Source: Basidiobolus meristosporus CBS 931.73
Lineage: Eukaryota > Fungi > Basidiobolomycota
Reading direction: 5' to 3'
Length of the DNA: 64,000 bases
Assembly: GCA_002104905.1 (NCBI GenBank)
Contig: MCFE01000110.1
Span: 62,001 to 126,000, forward strand
Within the stretch, counting starts at the first letter, position 1. Each line of letters begins with the position of its first letter. Below are positions 1-10,700 of this stretch, piece by piece. A model generated the notes under the pieces. It was not told the origin of the DNA and ran no database searches. It saw nothing but the letters and a program-made list of their open reading frames with translations. A program made the position numbers and the translations under genes.

Positions 1-1702
1 AATATCCCAGAAGTGATCATTCCAGTATCAAATGCCCAGAGATCCAATCGGACAAGAAATAGCCCAAATTACTATATCAATGAGGGTACAAACTTAGCCT
101 ATGCCTATTCAGTCCATATTGATGAACCCCAGACTGTAAAAGAGGCCCTAAATAGCCCTCAGATGAAGTTTTGGAGATCTGCAATGACTGAGGAATATCA
201 GGCCCTGATGGAAAATCAAACTTGGGACTTAGTCAAATTACCAATCAACCAAAAATCAATTGGATGCAGATGGGTCTTCAAGACAAAATACAAGGCTGAT
301 GGTACAATTGAAAGATACAAAGCAAGACTTGTAGCCAAAGGATACTCTCAAACAAAAGGACTTGACTATACTGAGATCTTTGCACTGGTAGCCAAGTTTA
401 ATTCCATCAGATTAATATTGGCTATTGCAGCCAAATATAAGTTTTTTATACATTAAATGCATGTAAAAGCAGCATTCCTGAATGGAGAACTTAATGAGGA
501 TGTGTATATGGACCAGACTGATGGGTTTGTTGACCAATATAACCCCTATTCTGTCTGCAAGCTTAAAAGTCTCTATATGGATTCAAACAATTACCAAGAG
601 CCTGGAATTGCAAAATAGATTCTTATTTGAAATTTTTGAGTTTCTAAACAAGTAATGCTGACTATAGTATATACTATAAGACAGATAGAACAAATCCAGT
701 TCAATTAGCTCTAGATGTGGATGGTCTAACTATGGCCACCAATAGCCTAGCAACATTGGAAGAGACTAAATCCAGCCTATCTAAAGAGCCCAAGATGTCC
801 AATCTACAAGAACTCAGTTACTACTTAGGGATGAAGTTCTCCATTGACAGAGGTACCCAGACTATCACCCTAAGCCAATCTAAGTACATTCAAGATATAT
901 TAAAGAATTACCAAATGGAAGACTGCAAATAGGCAGCTACCCCAATGGAGACAAACCTTAACTTGGTCAAAATTCAACCAAATCAAGAGAGGTTGGTACC
1001 TTCTGAAAGCCCTAACTTTCCTTATCAATCTATGGTTGGCAGTTTGATGTATATCATGCTTGGAACACGCCCAGATATCTCATATTCAGTGGGAGTTGTC
1101 AGCACGCATAATCAGAATTATGGATTTGATCATTTTGCAGCAGTTAAGTGGATTTTTAGATACCTAAAAGGAGCTGCTGATATCTGCTTAAGATCACTTA
1201 TAAGGATTCCAAACAGGATCTTGTGGGATACTCTGATGCCAATTGGGGATGAAATTTGGAAGACAGGCAATCTACCACAGGATACACCGTTCTTTACTGT
1301 AAAGGAGCAATTTCATGGATTCAAGGAAGCAACCGACCATAGCAATTTCCACAACCAAGGCAGAGTATATGGCAGCCTGTGATATTATAAAAGAAGCAAT
1401 GTGGTTAAGAAAGCTTTTTTCAGATTTAAGCCTATGTTATAAACTGCCTATTACTTTATTTCAACATAATCAAGGATGTATACAATTAGGTGGAAATCCA
1501 ACTTTTCTTGCTAGAACTAAGCACATAGATATTAGACATCATTCATATGTGGAGCTATAGAGAATAGCTTAGTTATCTTAGTTTACTGTCCTTTAGATGA
1601 AATGATTACAGACATATGTACCAAACCATTAGCTAGAGACAAGCTTGAATACCTTAGGTCAAAATTAGGACTTGTCAGTATGAACATTTTGCCAAGTGGG
1701 AG
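1..1702 (+). mobile_element. Degenerate Ty1/copia retrotransposon pol 3' part (reverse transcriptase + RNase H), ending in a polypurine tract
   Basis: Copia RT motifs WxxAMxEE, WVFKTK, YKARLVAKGYSQ, and H*MHVKAAFLNG (canonical HQMDVKTAFLNG, with a stop at 454-456). The catalytic YVDD is degraded to DVDG. RNase H motifs GYSDANW, STTKAEYMA and TKHIDIR are present. Multiple stops and frameshifts. PPT-like AAGTGGGAG lies just before the LTR. Confidence 0.95.
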
Positions 1703-2264
1703 TGCTGTAAAAATTTGTAATTCCACCTAAATATTCACCCAACTTAGTCACTTCAATCATTAGACTTGTTCCATTGTACCATAGATCATAGTGCCAGAGA
1801 GTGCTGTATATTTTGTTATTAATTTGATATTTTAGGGTCATATGCATGTCAATTTTTATCCCAAATTGGTACTGTATGGCACCATCTGGCACTCTGTGGC
1901 ATGAGCTGGCACCATCTGGCATGGTATGGCACTATTGGGCACTACAATCAGCTGGAATGATGGAGCAAGTCTATTGCCTTTAAATCCTAGGGAAAACTGA
2001 CCAAATTCCTTGTTGGAATTTACTTAGAACATTTTCACCAGAATACCAGGTACCCAGAACATGAAAATTCTCAAAGTTGTCTAATCAGCCCTAAACTTTG
2101 CACACATGTTCTTGGGACCTCCCTTAACTTATTCTACATGTTTGTAAAGCTAAGGCAATGTAAGATTATAAAACTACTTTTAAATTCAATAAACCATCAG
2201 GTGAAAATTGCATAATCTACTTGTACTTCAAGTCACTTCCAATATCTCTGAGACTCTGACAACA
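1703..2264 (+). repeat. Copia LTR copy A (TGCTG...CAACA)
   Basis: Follows the PPT and aligns by eye with 5205-5552 at both ends. It carries an extra internal segment of about 200 bp that copy B lacks. Confidence 0.8.
1868..1947 (+). repeat. 10-bp-period minisatellite inside LTR A (about 8 units, GGCACCATCT-like)
   Basis: Units read ggtactgtat/ggcaccatct/ggcactctgt/ggcatgagct/ggcaccatct/ggcatggtat/ggcactattg/ggcactacaa. Confidence 0.8.
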
Positions 2265-2344
2265 ATAAACACGTATATGTAGCACTATGTCCCCTTTGGT
2301 TTGACTCATTTTCATATATATATGCTGCCAAAAATAAAGCAAAG

Positions 2345-3244
2345 TTGTCTGCTTCCAAACCAAACCCCACCACTGACAGCAGCAGAAAAATAGTTGGACA
2401 ACAGCTTGCTTTGACATTCAATGCAACAAGCGGCACTACATCCAAAAATGGTCATGTTGACAGTGGGCCCACTGAGGGTAATAATGTGGACTCCTCAGGC
2501 TCTCAGTCAAGTAAGCAATTGAGAACCTCTGCAGAGCTGCAAGCTGACTATTATGCTCAGGCAGATGAGAATGTAGCAAACTCAGTACCTTTAGCTGAAG
2601 ACCAGCAAGTGGCCATCATAACATCCCCACTGCCCATATAAGCAAGTATGTTGTCAGCTCATACCAAAGCATTAATGAAGCAATTAGGTGCAGTGGCTGA
2701 TAGGATAGATGCAATGGCCCAGCAATATCAGGAAATAGTCCAGAAACAGGATGAGCAGATATATGGTGTAGAGCAATCAATATCCCAGGTAGAGAAAGCA
2801 GCATCTTTGCTGCAAAGAAGGAACTCAAGTAGCTCAATGTCACAGCCAAGAATTGTGCCATTTACCAATGTAACAGCAGAGGTACACTGTACAGTTGTTG
2901 AAGCACAACAGCAGTGCCCAGAGATAAAGCCCACAGAAAAATCCATTACAGCATGGGAGGGAGACAATATGGTGTTTATACCAAAGCCAAAAAATCAAAA
3001 GACATTGAAGATCTGTGAAGCTGTTGAGTGCAATAATGAAGAGTGGGCTAATATTCAACAGGCTGTCAGAAGACTAGCATGCCATCACCTTAAGGCTGGC
3101 ATATCATAGGACCATCAGGAACTCAAGGCCAAGCAGAATGAGCTTGACTTGTTCCATGAGGATTATCCTGAACTCAAACAGGCAAACAGATTTTGGGCCA
3201 GCACTGGTATGCTAAGAAAGTATCTTAAGAATAGCAGAAACTAG
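2345..3244 (+). pseudogene. Disrupted single-frame ORF of unknown function inside the TE block
   Basis: ORFs 2345-2641 and 2648-3109 and the read-through 3110-3244 are in one frame, separated only by TAA (2639) and TAG (3107). It has a coiled-coil-like middle and a C-terminal GIS*DHQ...YPELKQANRFWASTGMLRKYLKN motif. Confidence 0.55.
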
Positions 3245-3951
3245 CAAAGGCAGAAGAACCAGGGTGCTGTTGTGCATCAACATTTAAAACTTAGCCTATT
3301 TTACTCCGTTAGAAAATCTAGTACCCTAACTGATTTTCCCTAACCCAAACATAAGTAATCCCAGTTATGGTTTATTTGATCACTTCTCAGAAACTTTTTT
3401 TAGCTGTCACAACTGATCAATTTTTGTGTGATCATTACGTCCTCAACTGATGTGCTAAGCCTTTCCAAGTAATTAGTCCTCTGAGATCTATCAAACTACT
3501 TAGCAGTTGCCAAGACATCAGCTGATTAATGATGTACTTTCTCATTTATCTTATTCACCTATGAGCACCCCAACAGATTTCAATTAGTCCAGTCTCTTGG
3601 TGCTTACTTATTCAACTTGATCAGAAAAATATGAATAAAGTTTTTGAACCCTTTGGTTTAGTGTATGTCTCAACAGAATTAAGATTGTTCCTCAGCAAAA
3701 TTAAGAATTCAACAATGCTTTTCTAGTTTCCACCCAAGCCTAGCATATCTAGCATTCCCAAGAACACCAAGCCTAGCCTGTATAGCAAACCAACTCTGTT
3801 GCCTTTATAGCCCAACTCAACTATATACAAACCAATATTTGTCCAGAACTTCTCTGCTAATATTTCTGTCATCCTTAACAATTCTAAGATTCTGTGATTA
3901 ATTGTCTCTTAGGCTCAGTTAACTCATTCAAGAGTTTATCATGCTTTTCTC

Positions 3952-4798
3952 TTGGATGCAACAGGTGTCATTGCTAAATACCAGCAGCTTCCTCAAGAGC
4001 CTGTTATAAGCAGGGCCAAAAGCTCCAAACAAGCATCAAAGATACATCAGGTAGCTGGAAGAGTGCCAATTAGAGACAAGCAGGCAGACACAGATGCACC
4101 AGCACAACATTTATCAAGGAAAATGTGTAGTACCTCTCAAGAGACACTTAGTCAAAGTAGCAATGAAGGATTTGCCAGTGATAAAAACCAGCAGCTTTCT
4201 CAGGAGCCCATCACAACTATAGCTGAAACCAACAAGAAAATAGTTGTTTTCACAAGAGTTGGAAGCACAGGCAGTTGAGCTACACTCCAGCAAGGTGGAT
4301 GAGTTTGTAGAGAAAGGCAATTTGTCTACCACAGCCTCCATGTCCTCCATTGTTGCCAGAGTGGCAATCCCGCTGACAGACAAATTAACAATGTCAAGAA
4401 CTCAAACAACTATCACAATGCCTTCAGTGGAGTTTTGGAACATTAATAGGCACACCAAGAGGTTGCAGCACTTCTTCAAGAGCAGTGCTCAAGAAAATGC
4501 ACTTGAATTTTGCAAGGATTTATTGCAAAGACTGGCAGATGAGGTGCTAGACCTTGCAGTGCTGGCTGAAGACCAGGATGTCTGGGAACCAGTGGACAAA
4601 CAGTGGCATAAAGCTGTTGGGTTCCTGCTGAAGTCATGGAAACAGAGTGTTACAGCAGAAATACTGATTGGGTGGTGGATTTTAATGAAGTTACTTGTTG
4701 AGTGTGGGGTTAGGCTTAATGTTAGTGTAGGATATAGGGACTTGTATAGGTCAATAAAATTGGCAACTGAGGTACAGCTGAAGTTTGAATTGAAATAA
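3952..4798 (+). pseudogene. Overlapping unknown ORFs (108 aa + 184 aa) in the CpG-depleted block, possibly one frameshifted gene
   Basis: ORF track. Internal peptide repeat KYQQLPQEP / KNQQLSQEP. No recognisable domain. Confidence 0.3.
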
Positions 4799-5129
4799 AT
4801 CAATTTGTATGCATGAAAAGTAAGTGAAATAATTGAGTCAGGAAGTAAGGATTGTGAAAAAGAGGCAATAGCCAATCAATGTACACAAACATAGGAGGTA
4901 ATCAAGTGTCTAGGATCAGAAAGTGAGCAAATTGGCAGGGAACTAATTAAAAGCCATGTATATATTGTTGTAGTGAAAAATTTTGACAATGTTTTTGTGA
5001 AATCTGGGGTGCAATTATTTTTCAACAGTCTCTACATGATGTCCTGACAGGATCAATACCACTTAGTCACGGGACTTTAAATCTGTGATGGCCTGTTGCT
5101 GGGATCATCACAATAATTTCTCATAGGGT

Positions 5130-5552
5130 ACTAGCTAGAGACAAATTTGAATATCTTAGGTCAAAATTAGGACTAGTCAGGATATACATTTAGTTGAGTG
5201 GGAATGTTGTAAAAGTTTGGAATTCCACCTAAATATTCACCTAACTTAGTTACTTAGATCATTACCTACAAATCTCAGAGAATACTGACCAAATTACTTG
5301 TTGGGACTTATATAAAATATTTTCACCAAAACATCAGGTACCCAGAGCATGATAATTTGATAAGTTGTCCAAACAGCCCCAAACTTTGCACACATGTTTT
5401 TAGGACCTTCCTAAGCCTATTCTACATGTTTCTATGCCAAGACTATGTAAAAGCAGATATACTACTCTTACATTCCATAAATCATTGAGTGAAAGCCACA
5501 TAATTTACTTGTTCTCCCAATCACTTCCAATATCTCCAAGACTCTTACAACA
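5130..5552 (+). repeat. Copia 3' end copy B: RNase H tail + PPT + LTR (LTR 5205-5552, TGTTG...CAACA)
   Basis: tagctagagacaaatttgaatatcttaggtcaaaattaggact matches about 1630-1675. The LTR has perfect TGTTG/CAACA termini and matches LTR A. Confidence 0.85.
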
Positions 5553-5564
5553 AAATATGCATTA

Positions 5565-5755
5565 CTTAGGTCCCACCTAGGACTTGGTAATATCAGTATT
5601 TAGTTGAGTGGGAGTATCATAAATTTTAGAATTACACCCAAATACTCACCTGACTCATTTGCTTGGATCATTGTCCACAAATGCTCACATATTCTGGTCA
5701 AATTCCTTGCTGGGATTTACCTGGATTATATTCACTAAAACATCCAAAGAAAGAC
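5565..5755 (+). repeat. Copia 3' end copy C: PPT + truncated, more diverged LTR
   Basis: tttagttgagtgggag PPT, then aattacacccaaatactcacc and ggtcaaattccttgctgggattta, matching LTR A/B. Confidence 0.7.
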
Positions 5756-6851
5756 ACTTCTCCTACCAGAGCCACCACCTCCTCTGTTATAGAGAGAGCA
5801 GATATCCCACTGGTGAGCAAAGCAACAATGTCAAATGCCAGACATTTATCAAATGCCCATAGTAGAATTTTGGAGCAAAACATGACACACACGCACTTGA
5901 GACATACCTTGACATCACTTATATGCTTGTTTTCCCAGGACCTTATAAAAATATGTATTCAGCTTTTTCAATCAATCAAATATCAGATGAGGCTTAATCA
6001 AGTGGCTCTTTCAATCACTTTGATATCTTCAAAACCCCAGCAACATATATCGCCCAAATGAAGCTACCAAGCCGTACTGTATAGCTAGCAATTAACTAAA
6101 CACCAGGCCAATTGTTTGCAATACACTTGCCTCCAAGATATTGCTGTAGGACCATTGACTTGCAAAGTCAATGGGATATTAAATAATAGTGTACCAGATG
6201 GAAGGCGTATGATAATCGCAGAGCTATTTAAATGTGGTGACGGAATAGCTGTATTCCCACCACTGGAATCCTTATCACTCAACCCCTCAGAGCGAGGATA
6301 CGCAGGATTCTGGATTCACCCGCTGCCTCTGCCATTCCAGGGTTTTCTAGCAGTGTCCATTCCGCAGATCAATCGGGATCTCAATTAGTACCTTCCTGTC
6401 GCCCCATATCCATATCCAGCAATGGGTAAGCTGCTGTGGATACTACTACTGTAGCCTTGATTGGTAGAAATAGCAGTTTCTTCAGCGTAGCTTACCGTGC
6501 GAATGATCTGTGACTCCAAGTCAATCCTGTTCATTGGACTAATCAGGGATTTCTTCACAGCAAAAATCGTTCGATGCCGCCCATCTGTGATAGATAGAGT
6601 GACCCTACAACCGCAGTCAGCTGTGATTCGCCAGCAGCTTGTTGTTGCACGTAAACCTAACGCAATAACTACAACTAAACACATGATGATCAAATATTAG
6701 TCTTTTTTGTACAATATCAGTCAGATAGTGGTTAGCGACCAGTAGTCACTCTCCAGATTTTGAATATTGCCTTCTTATACCTTCAGGAAAATTCCCCATA
6801 ACAAACTATAGCCACTTCCATCAACCTTCACTATAATCCCGTCAAGCAAGC

Positions 6852-9323
6852 ATGAGTTGGTCGTTGAGTGGCAATGAATATACGGTTGACTCCTCTAGTG
6901 GTGAATCTGCAGTCAATTGGGAGGACAGCATCTGGGAATCCGATAGCATTGCTGCCGAGTATGTGGAAAGTGGCTACAGTCGAGAAGCCGCTACTCGGTC
7001 CAAGTCTGCCACCAAAAACAAGCTACTCAGTCGGATTTTCAAATCCTCAGGTATGGACTTATGACCCGCCTCCATTTTCCGTGGAAAACTCAACTTCGAT
7101 TCCTTTGGATCCTACACTTCTAGAACGTACGTCCAACTCGAATGGATTGCGCCGTGCTTTCAGCTATCCTCATAAGTTTATGATTGATTCCAAGCGCTTG
7201 GAGGAAAGCAAGCGACGTCAAGGCCGATTGCTTCTGGTTTCTCTGCTTGAGAACTTTTGTGCACTGTATGATCAATCGCCTCAACATAACCGGAAGCTTT
7301 TCTTCATGATATGCAAGACGTTGAGCGGGATGGGAGTGAGTACCTTTGGTTACTTGTTCGATCTCGGGAGCCCAAGCCTAATGTTCCTTCCTCACAGCTC
7401 ATCGACGAAGAGTATATTGACGAGATGGCTGGGGTTAGATCAGCCTACATGTCCACTTTCAAGCAACTGGTGATTCAGGCCATGGCTACCATGAAGGTAT
7501 ATTACTTGCTCAACGGCAATATTCTTGGCGAATCTTGCTAACGAGCTTTTTCACTTGATTTTCAGCAAGAGGTAGAACCAAAGCCATTACAAAGAATGAT
7601 GTCCATCGGTTATCGCAACGATAAAGGCAGCCCGGACAACAGTGACTACTTTAGCGGGAACCATGAGACGCACAACAGCTTGTATGTACGCTATTTCAAT
7701 CGCACAGAATCCTTCAGGAATAACGGATTTTGACCCTTCCTAGCGAGACCCCATCGGTAAAGAGAACCTACTCCAAGCTGTCCAAAATGAGCTTCACCGA
7801 CATATTGGAGCTGTACAACTCCCGGTACGAAACCGATTTTATAGAGGTGCGCAAGCTAGGCAGAGGTGGCTTTGGCTCCGTTTTCAAGGTAGGGAACATG
7901 TCCTCTGTGAGAGTGATGGGTACCCAGACGTACTGACTCACTCGGCGCGCTCTAGGTTCAAAATAAGTTGGACGGCTCAGAGTACGCCGTCAAGAAAATC
8001 CGCCTGAGATCTGAAAAGACCAGACACGAGAAGATCTTTAGAGAAATCAAATTTCTGTCAAAGCTCGATCATCCCAATGTGGTAAGGTACTATGGGTCGT
8101 GGCTTGAAAACGTCAAGCGATCCTTTGATGACGAGAGCGAGGAGGATCTCGACTACGAGTACGACCACGATGAGTTCTCCCAGGATCTGGTTGCCTCCCC
8201 TTTGCAAAGCCAAACATTTGACTCCGATCTCCAAGCGGTTCCCGACGACGCGAGTGAGTCCCTGACCAACTCCGAAGACAGCAACTCCATCGAGTTCGCC
8301 TTCGACGATCCAGACTCGGTTGCGGACTCTAAAGACGTGGCAAGCAGTCCATCCCAGAGCACGCTTATTCATCTGGGAAAGGAGACTCAGATCATGCCCT
8401 TCGATGATTTTTCGGCGTGTGAATCCCAGGATGCGCCTGTAAAGCCACCTGCTGGCATCGCCAACATGGAGCTGACCCTGTTCATTCAAATGCAATTGTG
8501 CCACAGCACGCTCTACGACTACCTTGATGCTCGTAATCGAGCCATCTCCAACCCACAAAACGGCATCCCGATTGCCATCGACTCCTCGGCGAATCTTCAG
8601 CTTTTCAGGGCAATCGTTCAAGGCGTTGCCTATATACACGACCAAGACATGATCCACCGAGACTTGAAGCCAATGAATATATTCTTGGACTGCAGCATAG
8701 CTTCAGACGACGATCCCGAATTTCTAATCCAAAACGTGGATGTGCTTGTTCCAAGAATCGGGGACTTCGGACTAGTCACTGGCATGGAAGACTTCATCAC
8801 ACCCAGCTCCCGCCCTGATTCGCGCAAGCAGAGCATTTGCAGTGGCTCGAGCTCCTCTCGCACCTCCAGAGTCGGCACAATCACGTATGCATCGCCCGAA
8901 CAGCTAGCTGATCCACCTCAGATGTATGATCAAAAGTCGGATATTTACAGCTTAGGCATCATCTTATTCGAACTGTATTGCCCGTTCTCGACACTGATGG
9001 AGCGGGCCCAACTCCTGCAAAACCTGCGCCATGGTGTGCTCCCAGATGGCTTCCTCGCCAAATGGCCCAAGGAGGCAACCCTGGTCCTTTGGTTGATGGC
9101 CGAAGACCCCACCAAGAGACCCACTGCACGCGAAATCCTGGAGTTCGATATGCTCATCCCTCCAACATATGGCTCCTCCCGCGATAACGACACTCAGTAT
9201 GCAGAGCTAGAGCGTAGAACAACTCAGCTGCAACAGGAAAACGAGGAGCTGCGTGCAAGATTGGCCGAACTAGAAACGCGCTTGAGTCGGTGCAGCTGTC
9301 AGCACACAGACTCACAAGACTGA
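6852..9323 (+). CDS. hri1: HRI-like (EIF2AK1/Hri) eIF2alpha kinase, multi-exon
   Basis: The N-terminal LLLVSLLENFC...RKLFFMICKTLSGMG block resembles the HRI N-domain. Kinase motifs: SRYETDF, LGRGGFGSV, YAVKKI, HPNVVRYY, long acidic insert, LFIQMQLC, IHRDLKPMNIF, IGDFGL, GTITYASPEQ. C-terminal coiled coil. The first intron (about 7050-7122) is phase-compatible. Confidence 0.88.
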
Positions 9324-9606
9324 GTTGTTGGGGTTGTAAATTCATTCCGTCTTCGCTCCGGCCAAATTTAGTAGAACTGCTTTGTCTATATTCTTTTAAT
9401 CCTTCAGCCTCCTTTCATCAGACCCCTTCCTTCCCTAATGTCACTCACTGAACCCATTGCACTAATGAGGACCTCCCTCCGATTCCAACGCATTCCCGAC
9501 TCCTCTCTATGTCAGCCATCATTTCTGTTCCATTGCAACATTCATATCAAAATATATACGTCGGTCGGAACACCTGCCCTTTTATTCAGCGCTGTCTGCC
9601 TAATAA

Positions 9607-10363
9607 CTAATATATAATCGAGGGAGCCTGCCTATGAAACTCATCGCTCTCGAGTTGGTTCAAGATGAAGTGAGCAACATCTGCGCGGGAGATTCGGTTC
9701 GACCCGAGATCAAACCCGGTACGGTATGTACCAGTCAGACCGGTATCGGTGAGTTGGCCTGGCCGAACAATAGTCCAGTCAAACTCGGGCAAATCCTCAC
9801 GTATCTGCTGCTCCTGTATCTCTTTGTCTGCCAAGGGCCTACCAAGTACTAACCAGAGAAGAAACCCGGTTATCCAACTCACCGAGTTCCAAGAGTCGCC
9901 AACGCCTAGAACAGACCCTCTGTTAGCCACAAATTGAGCAACCAAATCCATATTGCTTGTTACGGGTTACCAATCGAAGAGACCACTATCATCCGCCTGA
10001 CATTATACTTCTTGACACTGTGATTGATGAGCTTTTGTGCTTTTGAGCATATTTCCACGTCTGGACCGCGCAGGCCCCCTCCCAGGGAGACAATAACCGC
10101 GTCGTGGCCTATGGACTGGTCAGCCTGAAACAAGCAAAGAGTCTTACTTGCTGGAAGAAACGCCTACCTTGCACTACTTGATCCACCTTTGACTGCTCCA
10201 GGGCGTCTCCTTGCACAAGAGTCAACTCTGGGCTGGAGGGCAGCTTCTCTTTTGCCTTTTCAATATCGCGCACCAAGGCAGTGACGGTCAAACCTTTTTC
10301 CAAGGCCTGCTTAATAACCTCCACACCTGTACGCCCCGTACCACCCAGTATAGCTAGTTTCAT
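9607..10363 (-). CDS. NAD(P)H-binding flavin reductase / biliverdin reductase B-like protein, multi-exon
   Basis: MKLAILGGTGRTG Rossmann motif, VTALVRD, VQGDAL, DAVIVSLG, RRMIVVSSIG, DWTIVRPGQL, ISRADVAHF. Confidence 0.85.
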
Positions 10364-10700
10364 GTGAGTTTCGATGTCAAGGTGATAGAAAGGCTGGAAG
10401 AACGTACGGCTCGGTAAAAGCAAACTGGCAGGACCAGTGCACCAATCAACGAAGCCTCTGACTGTATTCAGGATCATGTTTGCGTATAGGATCCGATTCC
10501 GAGCCATCGTAGCAGTCTGAGATTCCCATGGGCCGTTTTACTCGATGGAGTCAACTTTATTAGAGCGCGATCGCTGAACACATCGATTTGTGGTATATGT
10601 GTGAACTGTTATACATGAACTCCCATTAATTAACGAACCGAAAAGATGCTGATTAGCCCTATCTACAAAAACGCAACCAAGTCTATAGGTTATCTCGAAT

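Noticed and set aside
5760-6030. Minus-strand fragments YIFL*GPGKTS and IVALLTSGISALSI, reminiscent of PIF1/Helitron helicase motifs
   Set aside because: They are in different frames, the match is short and degenerate, and no further helicase motifs are present.
6085-6700. Possible spliced minus-strand gene divergent from the HRI gene (intron-like GTAAGC...CAG)
   Set aside because: No splice combination gave a recognisable or long product.
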